The notes: a model not told the origin generated them from the sequence alone. A stretch of DNA of 27,357 bases from an uncultured archaeon (GCA_964586355.1 CAZPGO010000038.1:1-27357); one strand, 5' to 3'; shown: positions 15,551-24,105, counted from the stretch's first letter. Program-made: numbers and translations.

Positions 15551-17254
15551 ATGAGTGAAATATCAGAACTGAAAAAAATAGTTTTAGAAAATGCTTATAA
15601 GTATAATGGTAAGGCCGATCAAAAAAGAGTGTTTTCACAAATACTCGGACAGATGCCGAAATATAGAGAAAACACTTCTTTATTATTAGAGATCCTAACA
15701 CCAATAGTAACTGATGTAAACAATTTAGATCTAGAGCAACAAAAAGAAGAACTATTAAAACTAGGTTCAGAAGTTTTTGAGAAAAAAGAAGAGACTACAA
15801 AAAGAGATATATTTAGTTTTATAAAACTAAAAGACGCAACAAAAATAAAAACCTGTTTTCCACCAGGTCCGGAAAAATATTTTCATATAGGGCACTCTAA
15901 AGCTATTTTTTTAAATTATTTATTTGCTGAAAAATATGGTGGTGAGTTTTATTTAAGATTCGAAGACACAAATCCAAAGTTAGTAAAACCAGAGTTCTAT
16001 AAAATTATGCAAGAGGATATAGAATGGCTTGGAATAAAACCAAGTAATGTTATATATGCCTCTGATTATATAGAACTATTAAAAGAGATGGCTATAAAAC
16101 TAATAGAAAAAGAAAAAGCATATGTTTGTTTTTGTGATAGTGAAACAATTAGTAAGAATAGAGAAAAAAAAGAAGCCTGTAAATGTAGAAATAAAACAAT
16201 AGACGAAAATCTAAAAGAATTTAAAGAAATGGATGATTTCCCAGAAGGAAAAGCAACTTTAAGACTAAAAATAGATCTTTCTCATAAAAACACCAGAATG
16301 AGAGATCCAACAATATTTAGAATAATTGATGCAAAACATCCTAGAATTGGGGACAAACACAGAAATTATCCTACCTATGATTTTCAAAATGCTGTTTTAG
16401 ATGGTTATTTTAATACAACTCATAGATTTAGAACAGTAGAATTTGAGATGGCAAGTGAATTACATCATTATATTAGAAAAGAATTAGGTCTTTATGATAC
16501 ATTTACTTATGAATTTGCAAGATTTAATCTAAAAGGAATGGAGTCTTCTGGAAGAGTTATTAGAGAAAAAGTAAACTCTGGAGAACTTATTGGTTGGGAT
16601 GATCCATCATTACCTACTTTAAGGGCACTTAAAAGAAGAGGTTTTTGTGCTGATGCAATTAAACAATTAGTAATTGAAACAGGTATTACTAAAAATAGTG
16701 GAACCGAGATTACTTGGGACACTTTAATAAAATATAATAAAAGAATATTAAACAGTTCAGCAAAAAGATATTTTTTTATAGAAAACGCCAAAGAGATAAA
16801 GATTACTAATGATCCAATGGGAGAATATTCTTTAAAGATTCATCCAAACTTAGATCTTGGTTTAAGACCTTTTAGATCTGTTGGTAAATATTTTGTTGAA
16901 AAAGAAGATTATGATTCTTTTATAGAGAATAATCTAATAAGATTAATGGACCATATAAACTTTAGAAAAAATAAAGAAGAACTAGAGTTTGTAAGTAATG
17001 ATTATTTAGATTTTAAAAAAGAACTAGCTGAAAATAAAAAAATAATACATTTTCTGCCAGCAGATAAAGAGCAATTAGTAAAGATAACAATATTTACCCC
17101 TGATCACAAAATAATAGAAGGAATTGCAGAAAAGAATATTGAATCACTAAAAATTGGAGAAGTTATTCAATTTGAAAGATTTGGTTTTTGCAGATTAGAT
17201 TCTATAACTACAAAAGAAAACATTAAAAAATATAATTTTTGGTTTACCCATTAA
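15551..17254 (+). CDS. gltX: Glutamate--tRNA ligase, archaeal type
   Basis: FPPGPEKYFHIGHSKAIFLNY (HIGH), LRFEDTNP, PTYDFQNAVLD, RFNLKGMESSGR. The N-terminal ~90 aa (LENAYKYNGKADQKRVFSQILGQMP) is the GatB/YqeY-like extension I recall as common in archaeal GluRS. 567 aa. Confidence 0.93.
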   Translation: MSEISELKKIVLENAYKYNGKADQKRVFSQILGQMPKYRENTSLLLEILTPIVTDVNNLDLEQQKEELLKLGSEVFEKKEETTKRDIFSFIKLKDATKIKTCFPPGPEKYFHIGHSKAIFLNYLFAEKYGGEFYLRFEDTNPKLVKPEFYKIMQEDIEWLGIKPSNVIYASDYIELLKEMAIKLIEKEKAYVCFCDSETISKNREKKEACKCRNKTIDENLKEFKEMDDFPEGKATLRLKIDLSHKNTRMRDPTIFRIIDAKHPRIGDKHRNYPTYDFQNAVLDGYFNTTHRFRTVEFEMASELHHYIRKELGLYDTFTYEFARFNLKGMESSGRVIREKVNSGELIGWDDPSLPTLRALKRRGFCADAIKQLVIETGITKNSGTEITWDTLIKYNKRILNSSAKRYFFIENAKEIKITNDPMGEYSLKIHPNLDLGLRPFRSVGKYFVEKEDYDSFIENNLIRLMDHINFRKNKEELEFVSNDYLDFKKELAENKKIIHFLPADKEQLVKITIFTPDHKIIEGIAEKNIESLKIGEVIQFERFGFCRLDSITTKENIKKYNFWFTH

Positions 17255-17273
17255 AATAAGGAGAGCATATAAA

Positions 17274-17837
17274 ATGATTCAAAAAATAACAAATGATGTA
17301 TACAAAATAAGTTTGTCATCAAACCTTTATTGTATACTTTCCGAAAAAACATTAATAGATACTGGAAACTATTTAGATAAACATTTAGTAGAAAGAGAGT
17401 TAAGTGGAATAATAGATCTAAAAGAAATAAAAAAAGTAATCTTTACTCATCTTCATTTTGATCACATTGGTAATTTTAATCTCTTTCCTAATGCTAAATT
17501 TTATGTAAGCAATCAAGAAATGTTAGACTTTAAGAGAAATAAGTTTGAAACCATATTAAATCCAGTAATTGCAAAAAAATTTAATGTTGAATTGCATGAT
17601 GTTTTTAGAATGAAACTTCCTGAAAACTATACAGTAATTGCAACACCAGGACACACAAGAGGAAGTATTTCTTTATATGATACAAAAAACAGGATTCTAT
17701 TTTCAGGAGACACATTATTTTTTGATGGTTTTGGAAGAGTTGATATGCCAACATCAGATCCTGAAAATATGGAAAAATCTTTATTGCTTTTAGAAGAATT
17801 GGATTTTGAGATCTTATGTCCAGGACACGACTATTAA
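17274..17837 (+). CDS. MBL-fold metallo-hydrolase (small, beta-lactamase-like)
   Basis: THLHFDHIGN (HxHxDH), TPGHTRGS, SGDTLF, GRVD, CPGHD. aaggagag lies 9 nt upstream of the ATG. Confidence 0.85.
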   Translation: MIQKITNDVYKISLSSNLYCILSEKTLIDTGNYLDKHLVERELSGIIDLKEIKKVIFTHLHFDHIGNFNLFPNAKFYVSNQEMLDFKRNKFETILNPVIAKKFNVELHDVFRMKLPENYTVIATPGHTRGSISLYDTKNRILFSGDTLFFDGFGRVDMPTSDPENMEKSLLLLEELDFEILCPGHDY

Positions 17838-17882
17838 TCTCTTAAAGATCTTTAAATAGATTTTAAACTATAAGAAATTGAG

Positions 17883-17908
17883 AGAGCATCCATATTTAGA
17901 GGTGCTCT
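17883..17908. terminator. Hairpin in the convergent MBL/HAD spacer; possible bidirectional terminator element
   Basis: agagcatc (17883-17890) pairs with ggtgctct (17901-17908): 8 bp including one G-U, 10-nt loop. Followed by attttact...tttttct on the plus strand. Confidence 0.3.
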
Positions 17909-18052
17909 ATTTTACTCTAATTTTTCTAAAAATTTTCTATAAGAAACTCTAGTTATTTCAGCACCTTCAGAAATATTTACTTTCTTTTTCTTATATTCTT
18001 CTATTGCTTTTTTTTAAAGTTATATATAATCTAATACCTTTCTAAAATATAT

Positions 18053-18688
18053 TTATATAACTAATATCTTATACTTTTTAAGATCTTTTTTTAATTTCTC
18101 ATAATCTCCAGTAAACTCAATAGCATTTATTCCTAAGTTAATTGCAGGATAAACATCATCTAGGGGGTTATCTCCAATCATTATCATTTCCTCAGGTTTT
18201 ACTTTTGCTATTTTTAACATTTCTTCATATATTTTAGGATCTGGTTTTATGGTTTTTACATTAAAAGAAAATAGGGGATAATCTATATAATCTAAAAGAT
18301 CTGTTTTTTTTCTAATATTTTTAATAACAAAAACAGAGCTGTTAGAGATTAATCCTGTTTTTAGGTTTAGATCTCTTATTTGTTTTAATAAAGGAATTAC
18401 AAAATCATATAACACAACATTATACTCAGAATCCTCTCTAATCTTTATGGCTTTCATAACATTAGAAAAAGTAGGTTTTATTTTAAAATGTAGCAAAAAT
18501 TTAGAATATGCTTCAAATTCATTACTCCATTCTTTTGTTTGAATAATACTTTCAAAAGCCTTAACCACTTTTTTATGATCATCCTTAATATTAAAAGCAA
18601 TTTCTAATTCCTTAACAGAACTAGTTAGTTGATTCTTTTTTCTTGTTGCAAGAGTGTTCCACAAATCAAAACATATTAATTTTATCAT
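18053..18688 (-). CDS. HAD-superfamily hydrolase (subfamily IA-like)
   Basis: Motif I LICFDLWNTL (Asp nucleophile, Trp at D+2), motif II GLISNSS, motif IV MIGDNPLDDV. Has a helical cap-sized insert. 211 aa. Confidence 0.8.
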   Translation of the reverse strand: MIKLICFDLWNTLATRKKNQLTSSVKELEIAFNIKDDHKKVVKAFESIIQTKEWSNEFEAYSKFLLHFKIKPTFSNVMKAIKIREDSEYNVVLYDFVIPLLKQIRDLNLKTGLISNSSVFVIKNIRKKTDLLDYIDYPLFSFNVKTIKPDPKIYEEMLKIAKVKPEEMIMIGDNPLDDVYPAINLGINAIEFTGDYEKLKKDLKKYKILVI

Positions 18689-18794
18689 TTTATTTTGTCC
18701 TTTTTATTAATAAAAATACTTTTTTTAATAAATATCTGTAAATCAATAGAATTAAAAGAATAATTAATTTCATATATGTTATAGTGATTAAAAA

Positions 18795-19358
18795 ATGGGC
18801 CTAAAATATAAGCAAATAGATGTTTTAAATACTGAGCAATTTAATGTATTTGTAAATAATGATAAACTACTTTTAGAGATGTATCGTATATTTTCAGAAC
18901 CAGGAAAATCAGGTTTTCCTTTAGTTGCTGGCTCTTATGAAACATTTAAAAAATCTTATCTTAAATATAAAAAAACACACATGCATATTTTTTTAGCCTA
19001 TAATAAAGAAGAATTGATTGGAGTAATAACTAGTTATAGAGATGAGAGAAACACAGCTTATGTTGATAAATTTGTAGTTAAAGAAAAATATCAGGGAAAA
19101 GGGGTAGGCAAAAAATTAATGATAAGAGCTTATGGTAATTTATTGAAGAAATTTAAATTTAGAAAAATAGAAATGACTGCTAAAATTGGAGCTCAAATAA
19201 TAAATAAAGAACTTTGTGGTGTAAGTAAGATAGGAAATAAAAAAAGAAGTTTTAATGGGTCTACAAGATATAGTTTGAGTGACAGATCATTACCAAAAAG
19301 TCATTTAGCACTTCCAGTAAAAATATCTTTAAAGCCTAAGAGACCAAAAGTTTTATAA
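18795..19358 (+). CDS. GNAT-family N-acetyltransferase with a basic C-terminal tail
   Basis: VDKFVVKEKYQGKGVGKKLM is the acetyl-CoA binding motif A (Q/R-x-x-G-x-G/A). The preceding beta strands LIGVITSY fit the GNAT core. Confidence 0.8.
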   Translation: MGLKYKQIDVLNTEQFNVFVNNDKLLLEMYRIFSEPGKSGFPLVAGSYETFKKSYLKYKKTHMHIFLAYNKEELIGVITSYRDERNTAYVDKFVVKEKYQGKGVGKKLMIRAYGNLLKKFKFRKIEMTAKIGAQIINKELCGVSKIGNKKRSFNGSTRYSLSDRSLPKSHLALPVKISLKPKRPKVL

Positions 19359-19422
19359 TCTGGATATTACCTTTATAAATAATTTGGTAATCTTTTATAT
19401 TATATTTATAAAATGAATAATT

Positions 19423-19638
19423 ATGAAAAAGATTTTTTTATATATATTGATATTATTTTCTATATTACTAATGATCTATATTTATCAAAACACACAAACA
19501 AAACCAAATGATGATATTTCTAAAGATATTAAAGAGCACCAAGTAGAAGAAATACAACAAAGTAATAAATCCACAGCAATAATCTTAGGAATTATTGTAA
19601 TTGTTTTTTTTGTGTTTTGGAAACTGTTTTTTAGATAG
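19423..19638 (+). CDS. Small hypothetical membrane protein (N- and C-terminal TM helices)
   Basis: 71 aa. MKKIFLYILILFSILLMIYIY ... acidic/Lys-rich loop ... STAIILGIIVIVFFVFWKLFF. No family recognised. Confidence 0.45.
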   Translation: MKKIFLYILILFSILLMIYIYQNTQTKPNDDISKDIKEHQVEEIQQSNKSTAIILGIIVIVFFVFWKLFFR

Positions 19639-19776
19639 AAAAGAAGAGATTACTGTTTTTTTTTGTAATATATTGTATTTATATACCTTTTTCTTTATAA
19701 TATATTTATTAAAACAAAGTGTTTTTAAAAAATAAGAAAAACACACTAGTAACTTAGTATAAGGAGTGAAAAAAGT

Positions 19777-19971
19777 ATGGAAGGTACAGTAAAGTTTTAT
19801 AACTTTAAGAAAAGATTCGGATTTATAACTGGAGAAGACGGAAAAGATTATTTCTTTCATCAAACAGGTATAGAATCACAAGGATTTGTAAAAGACGGCA
19901 TGAAAGCAACTTTTGAAGTAGCTAATGACGAGAAAGGTCCTAAAGCTGTAAAAGTTAATATAATGCAATAA
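19777..19971 (+). CDS. csp: Cold-shock domain protein (CspA family)
   Basis: GTVKFYNFKKRFGFITGEDGKDYFFHQTGI carries RNP1-like (K-R-FGFI) and RNP2-like (YFFH) motifs. 64 aa. aaggagtga lies 8 nt upstream of the ATG. Confidence 0.93.
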   Translation: MEGTVKFYNFKKRFGFITGEDGKDYFFHQTGIESQGFVKDGMKATFEVANDEKGPKAVKVNIMQ

Positions 19972-20159
19972 ATATTTATAACATTATAAAATTTTTATAA
20001 CAACTATTTTTTTTTATTTTTTTATTTTATTTTAAATATAATTTATTTAAGAAAGATCTCTTTTTTTTAATCAAAAACCAAACTATTTTAATCTACAAAT
20101 TGTTTTATAATCTTTATTATGTTCAATATCTTTATAGAGCATAATAAAATTGATCAATT

Positions 20160-21176
20160 ATGAATAAAGTATATTTTAGAAAAATAAATTCCTATAGTAA
20201 TACTGAAGAAATAAATAGATCTATAAAAATTATGTTAGAAAACATAAAACCAGATTTTAAGGGATATTTACCCTTAAAAGTACATTTTGGGGAAAAAGGC
20301 AATAATACTTTTATAGAGCCCAAAAATTTTAAATCACTTATTAGTTATTTTAAAAAAAATAATACAAATCCTTTTTATATAGAAACAAATGTTTTATACA
20401 AAGGAGAAAGAACAAAAAAAGAAAATCATATAAGACTAGCAAAAGAACATGGTTTTAATGATCTTGACATAGTTATTGCTGATGGAGAGATCGGAGAAGA
20501 ATATAGAGAAGTAGAAATAAACAAAAAACATTTTAAAAAATGTAAGATTGCAACAGAAATTGTAAAATCTAAGCAAATGGTTGTAATCTCTCATTTTAAA
20601 GGACATGCTCTTTCAGGATTTGGAGGAGCTTTAAAACAGCTTGGAATGGGTTGTGCTGCTAGAGGCGGGAAACTGGATATGCATTCTAATTCTAAACCAA
20701 TAATTAATCCTTTAAAATGTAGAAAATGTGGAACCTGTGTTAATAGTTGTCCTACAGGTGCTATAAACTTAACATTAATACCAACAATAGACTCTACTAA
20801 GTGTATAGGTTGTGCTAAATGCATAGCTGTTTGTCCTTATGGAGCTATGAAAGTCAATTGGTTAAGTACTTTGCCAAAAACATTTAATGAGAAGCTTGCA
20901 GAGTATGCTTATGCTGCAACTGTTAATAAAAAAATACTATATATTTCTTTTTTATTAAACATAACAAAAGAATGCGATTGTATTGGAAAAGATCAAAAAA
21001 CCATAGCAAAAGATATAGGGATATTAATCTCTTATGATCCAGTGGCAATTGATAATGCTTGTTTTGATTTATTAGAAAAATATGAAGGTAAAAAAATATT
21101 TTCTGGTAAAAACATATTAAAATATGCAGAAACTTTGGGGTTGGGATCAACTGAATATTTGTTAGAAGAAATTTAA
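20160..21176 (+). CDS. DUF362 domain protein with an inserted 2x[4Fe-4S] ferredoxin domain
   Basis: CRKCGTCVNSCP and CIGCAKCIAVCP are two CxxCxxCxxxCP clusters. The flanking PLKVHFGE...ETNVLY and ISHFKGHALSGFGGALKQLGMG are typical of DUF362 proteins. Confidence 0.85.
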   Translation: MNKVYFRKINSYSNTEEINRSIKIMLENIKPDFKGYLPLKVHFGEKGNNTFIEPKNFKSLISYFKKNNTNPFYIETNVLYKGERTKKENHIRLAKEHGFNDLDIVIADGEIGEEYREVEINKKHFKKCKIATEIVKSKQMVVISHFKGHALSGFGGALKQLGMGCAARGGKLDMHSNSKPIINPLKCRKCGTCVNSCPTGAINLTLIPTIDSTKCIGCAKCIAVCPYGAMKVNWLSTLPKTFNEKLAEYAYAATVNKKILYISFLLNITKECDCIGKDQKTIAKDIGILISYDPVAIDNACFDLLEKYEGKKIFSGKNILKYAETLGLGSTEYLLEEI

Positions 21177-21189
21177 GAAAGATTTGAAT

Positions 21190-22104
21190 ATGTTTAGAAG
21201 AATAATTAGAACCATAAAAAAACCTAAAAACAAATCCAGAATAAAAGAAAAAGAGCCAAGAGCAGATGTAAAAAAAATGGAAGAAGGACTTTTATTGGAT
21301 AGTTGGGAAAAATATGGACAAAAAGAGAGATATTTTTCACTTTTTATAGAAACTCTTCATAGAGAACCATTACAATTTTTAAAAAAAAATCCAGAAAAAA
21401 ATCCAGAAGTTTTATTTTTAGGTGCTGGTAAGGGAACGTATATTTTAGATTTTAAAAAAGAACTTATTTCTAATAAAATAGATCCTATAATTGATGTGTT
21501 GTCAATACAAAAAGTTTTAGACCCTAGAGTCAGATCTATAATAAGAGAAGATCATTCAACTGGAGAATCATTAGAAACAATAGCATCTAAAAGCAGAAGA
21601 TTAAAAGAAAAAGTAACAGATCAAAATATTGCAAAAATTAAAGCAAATAGAAAGCTAACTCAAAAAATGATGGCTAAATACTCTTTGGTAATGGCACCAT
21701 ATAGTGTTGGTTTTCATACAAATTATCCAGCATCAAATGTTTTTAATGTTTGTCTTATGTTAAAATCTAAGGGTAGAGCTTATGTGCAAATACCAAGATT
21801 TAATTATGTATTTAAACAGGAATTATTTTCACTTCAAAACAAAAAACTATTAGTGTCTAAAAGAAAACAGATCTTAGAAAAGGCAAAAAAATATAAATTT
21901 GAAAAAAGAACTAATTTAGATCCTTATAATCAGATTCCCTATAGTGAAAAGTTAAGAATATTAACACAAGTAGAAGACATTTCTAGATATGTTAATAGAA
22001 TGCTTGATTCTTTTTTTCCAAACTTAAGTAAAGAATATAAAATAGAGTATATTAATAGCGCAAAAACATCTGACTCTATTTTTTTAAGAATAACTCGTAA
22101 TTAA
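21190..22104 (+). CDS. Hypothetical protein, possibly a divergent class I SAM-dependent methyltransferase
   Basis: The ORF track starts at TTG 21184; the first ATG is at 21190. EVLFLGAGKGTYILDF resembles motif I (hh-D/E-hGxGxG). YSLVMAPYSVGFH and LKSKGRAYV resemble motifs IV and post-IV. Basic N-terminus and a Lys-rich insert. Weak call. Confidence 0.45.
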   Translation: MFRRIIRTIKKPKNKSRIKEKEPRADVKKMEEGLLLDSWEKYGQKERYFSLFIETLHREPLQFLKKNPEKNPEVLFLGAGKGTYILDFKKELISNKIDPIIDVLSIQKVLDPRVRSIIREDHSTGESLETIASKSRRLKEKVTDQNIAKIKANRKLTQKMMAKYSLVMAPYSVGFHTNYPASNVFNVCLMLKSKGRAYVQIPRFNYVFKQELFSLQNKKLLVSKRKQILEKAKKYKFEKRTNLDPYNQIPYSEKLRILTQVEDISRYVNRMLDSFFPNLSKEYKIEYINSAKTSDSIFLRITRN

Positions 22105-22703
22105 ATTAAATTAAAAATTGCTTGAATACCAGAAAGAATATAATTAACTCCCCAAGCAAGAGTTATAAGCCCCATTAATGTTGTAATTACTTGTATGGTA
22201 GTTTTTGCTTTATTTGTTACATTTTGATATCTTATTGAAAGATAAAATAAAGCAGTAATAATAACCAATATAATACCAAGAGCAACACCAGTTACTAATT
22301 TTCCATAATCAGAAGAAGAGATTATAATTGCTGTTATTGTTGCTGGACCACTAATAAGAGGAGTTGCAATAATTGATGCTATTGCATGAATTGAATCCCC
22401 TTCCATTTTTTCTATGTCACTAAAAGACTTACCTAAAGACATGTTTATTCCTAAAATTAATAGTATTATTCCACCAGCGATCTTAAAACTATTTATGTCT
22501 GTACTAAATATTTGTAAAAGGCTATTACCTAAAAATAATACTAGATAAGAAATAATTGCTGCAAGAAGAACAGAGAGTAAAGCAATTCTTAACTTTGCTT
22601 TTTTTTCAAAACCTTTTGTGCTAACAAAGAAGACTACAAAGCTAGTCAATGGATCTATAATTACAAAGAACAGAATAATTAATGAAAATAATTGTGAAAA
22701 CAT
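22101..22703 (-). CDS. marC: MarC-family integral membrane protein (UPF0056)
   Basis: About 200 aa with 6 TM. The start is trimmed to the ATG at 22703 (MFSQLFSLIILFFVIIDPLTSFVVF...), because the longer track ORF (to 22760) runs through tRNA-Val. The I-DP-x motif near the N-terminus and overall topology fit MarC. Its stop overlaps the stop of the convergent 21190-22104 gene by 4 nt. Confidence 0.75.
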   Translation of the reverse strand: MFSQLFSLIILFFVIIDPLTSFVVFFVSTKGFEKKAKLRIALLSVLLAAIISYLVLFLGNSLLQIFSTDINSFKIAGGIILLILGINMSLGKSFSDIEKMEGDSIHAIASIIATPLISGPATITAIIISSSDYGKLVTGVALGIILVIITALFYLSIRYQNVTNKAKTTIQVITTLMGLITLAWGVNYILSGIQAIFNLI

Positions 22704-22723
22704 AATAAAACCATTTTTTATAA

Positions 22724-22796
22724 TGGTCCTGCCCGGATTTGAACCGGGGATCTCTACCATGTCAAGGTAACATCATAACCCCTAGACCACAGGACC
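22724..22796 (-). tRNA. tRNA-Val (anticodon GAC)
   Basis: The reverse complement folds by hand. Acceptor GGTCCTG/CAGGACC. Anticodon stem TTACC/GGTAG with loop TTGACAT. Variable loop AGATC. T stem CCCGG/CCGGG with loop TTCAAAT. Discriminator A. No encoded CCA. Confidence 0.95.
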
Positions 22797-22860
22797 TCAA
22801 TTATATTTATTATTAAAAATATATATAAATTATTGCTATTTGTTTGAATAGGTTTATATT

Positions 22861-24102
22861 TTAATTTAGATGATTAGAAATTGTATAATTATAGTTGTTT
22901 GTTATTTCATCTTGAGTAAGAGCTCTGTTATAAACTCTAAAATAAACACAATTCATTGGCATAAAATAAGAACTATTAGAATATCTAGAACCAGATATTC
23001 TGCCAAGCCCATTATTAAAATAACGGGCACTAGGTGATTCTGAAGTGAATTGTTGAGATAATACTTGTTCTTGTGAATTAATATAGATCTTATTATTTGT
23101 ATAGGGCACATCAGATCTCATTTCAAAAACATAATGAGCCCAATTATTAACTATTCCTAAAGAAGTAACTGTTGGTTGAGAAATTCCATAGATGTCGCTA
23201 GCATAAGTATTATATCCAATTGTTCCAGAATTAGTCCACACATCATATCTTAACCACCCAAAAAACATTTTTGCAGAATAGTTTGTTTTTATTTTACAAA
23301 ACATTTCAATAGTTGCTGTTGTGGTAAGATCTGAAGCAAAAAAATCCATGTAATCATTACTACCATCAAAATCCATATCATTTTGGTTCCATAAAGGTTG
23401 TTTTGTTTCTTCTATTTGAATGGCATCATTAGAAAATTTAGAAATATCATACAATTTTAAAATCTTGTTTGGATCTGTTTCACTAACTTTAACACCCTCT
23501 CTTGCATTTAGATAGAGCACTAAATTATCCCAAATGTTATTATCTTTGAGATATTTAATCTCTTTATCTAAATTATAAATACTAGTTATATAACCATTAT
23601 CTAAAGAGACTTTTTTTGAATAATCAATAACAATTGAATCCAAATAAATTAATGGATTATTATAAATAATATTAGCAGAAACAAAATAATTAGAATCTGT
23701 TAAAAAAGAAATAGTAATATTTCTTTCAGGCAAATTTTCTAAAAGAACAATAATTTCTGCTCTTTTTGGTGCTATTTCTATTTCAGTATCAAAAAGGTAA
23801 ATTTTATTATTAAAATATTCTAATAATTCAGAATTGCTTGAAACTAGAACCTTATAACCAATAAGTTTTAGAGTTTTTGATTTGTGGTTATTAGTAACTA
23901 ATAAGTGATTAGTGTTTTCTATGTGGTTAGTTGTGATTAGTCCTGTAAAATCTGTGTTTTGTATTGCTGAGTTTTGAGCGATTGATAATTTATCTTTTGC
24001 AAAGTCAGATCCCCAGGTTAAGACAACAGTGACTAATATTACACTTACAACTATTAGTAGTATCGTTGCGATCAATGGGGAAACAAACCTTTTTTTAATC
24101 AT
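22861..24102 (-). CDS. Archaeal type IV pilin-like protein (class III signal peptide) fused to a LamG/concanavalin-A-like lectin domain; paralog 1 (413 aa)
   Basis: The N-terminus MIKKRFVSPLIATILLIVVSVILVTVVLTWG is the archaeal pilin/flagellin-N-terminal-like hydrophobic module. The C-terminal half has DFDGSNDYMDFF ... WAHYVF ... IYINSQEQ ... VYFRVYNRALTQDEI, the Laminin_G_3-type pattern (FDG-x-dDy, ... iDevRiYnRaLs-x-eEI). Confidence 0.8.
   Translation of the reverse strand: MIKKRFVSPLIATILLIVVSVILVTVVLTWGSDFAKDKLSIAQNSAIQNTDFTGLITTNHIENTNHLLVTNNHKSKTLKLIGYKVLVSSNSELLEYFNNKIYLFDTEIEIAPKRAEIIVLLENLPERNITISFLTDSNYFVSANIIYNNPLIYLDSIVIDYSKKVSLDNGYITSIYNLDKEIKYLKDNNIWDNLVLYLNAREGVKVSETDPNKILKLYDISKFSNDAIQIEETKQPLWNQNDMDFDGSNDYMDFFASDLTTTATIEMFCKIKTNYSAKMFFGWLRYDVWTNSGTIGYNTYASDIYGISQPTVTSLGIVNNWAHYVFEMRSDVPYTNNKIYINSQEQVLSQQFTSESPSARYFNNGLGRISGSRYSNSSYFMPMNCVYFRVYNRALTQDEITNNYNYTISNHLN
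23931..24032 (-). repeat. Conserved 5' module of pilin-LamG paralog 1, near-identical to 26120-26221
   Basis: Hand alignment gives 101 of 102 nt identical to 26120-26221; the single mismatch is at 23992 versus 26181. It encodes ...TVVLTWGSDFAKDKLSIAQNSAIQNTDFTGLITT. Confidence 0.9.
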
Positions 24103-24105
24103 AAA

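Noticed and set aside
15495-15704. 69-aa minus-strand ORF
   Set aside because: It overlaps the gltX start region in antisense. No support.
16507-16791. 94-aa minus-strand ORF
   Set aside because: It is inside gltX, antisense.
17941-18046. Minus-strand open frame KKAIEEYKKKKVNISEGAEITRVSYRKFLEKLE as a live gene
   Set aside because: It has no ATG, GTG or TTG start, and the frame opens directly after a TAA. I kept it only as a possible gene remnant in the findings.
19585-19863. 92-aa minus-strand ORF
   Set aside because: It spans the csp promoter and the 5' end of csp in antisense. csp is clearly real.
20591-20824. 77-aa minus-strand ORF
   Set aside because: It is antisense to the ferredoxin-cluster region of the DUF362 gene.
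20923-21150. 75-aa minus-strand ORF
   Set aside because: It is antisense to the 3' part of the DUF362 gene.
22704-22760. N-terminal extension of the MarC ORF (MVEIPGSNPGRTIIKNGFI)
   Set aside because: This stretch is the translation of tRNA-Val (22724-22796) read through. The internal ATG at 22703 gives a normal MarC N-terminus.
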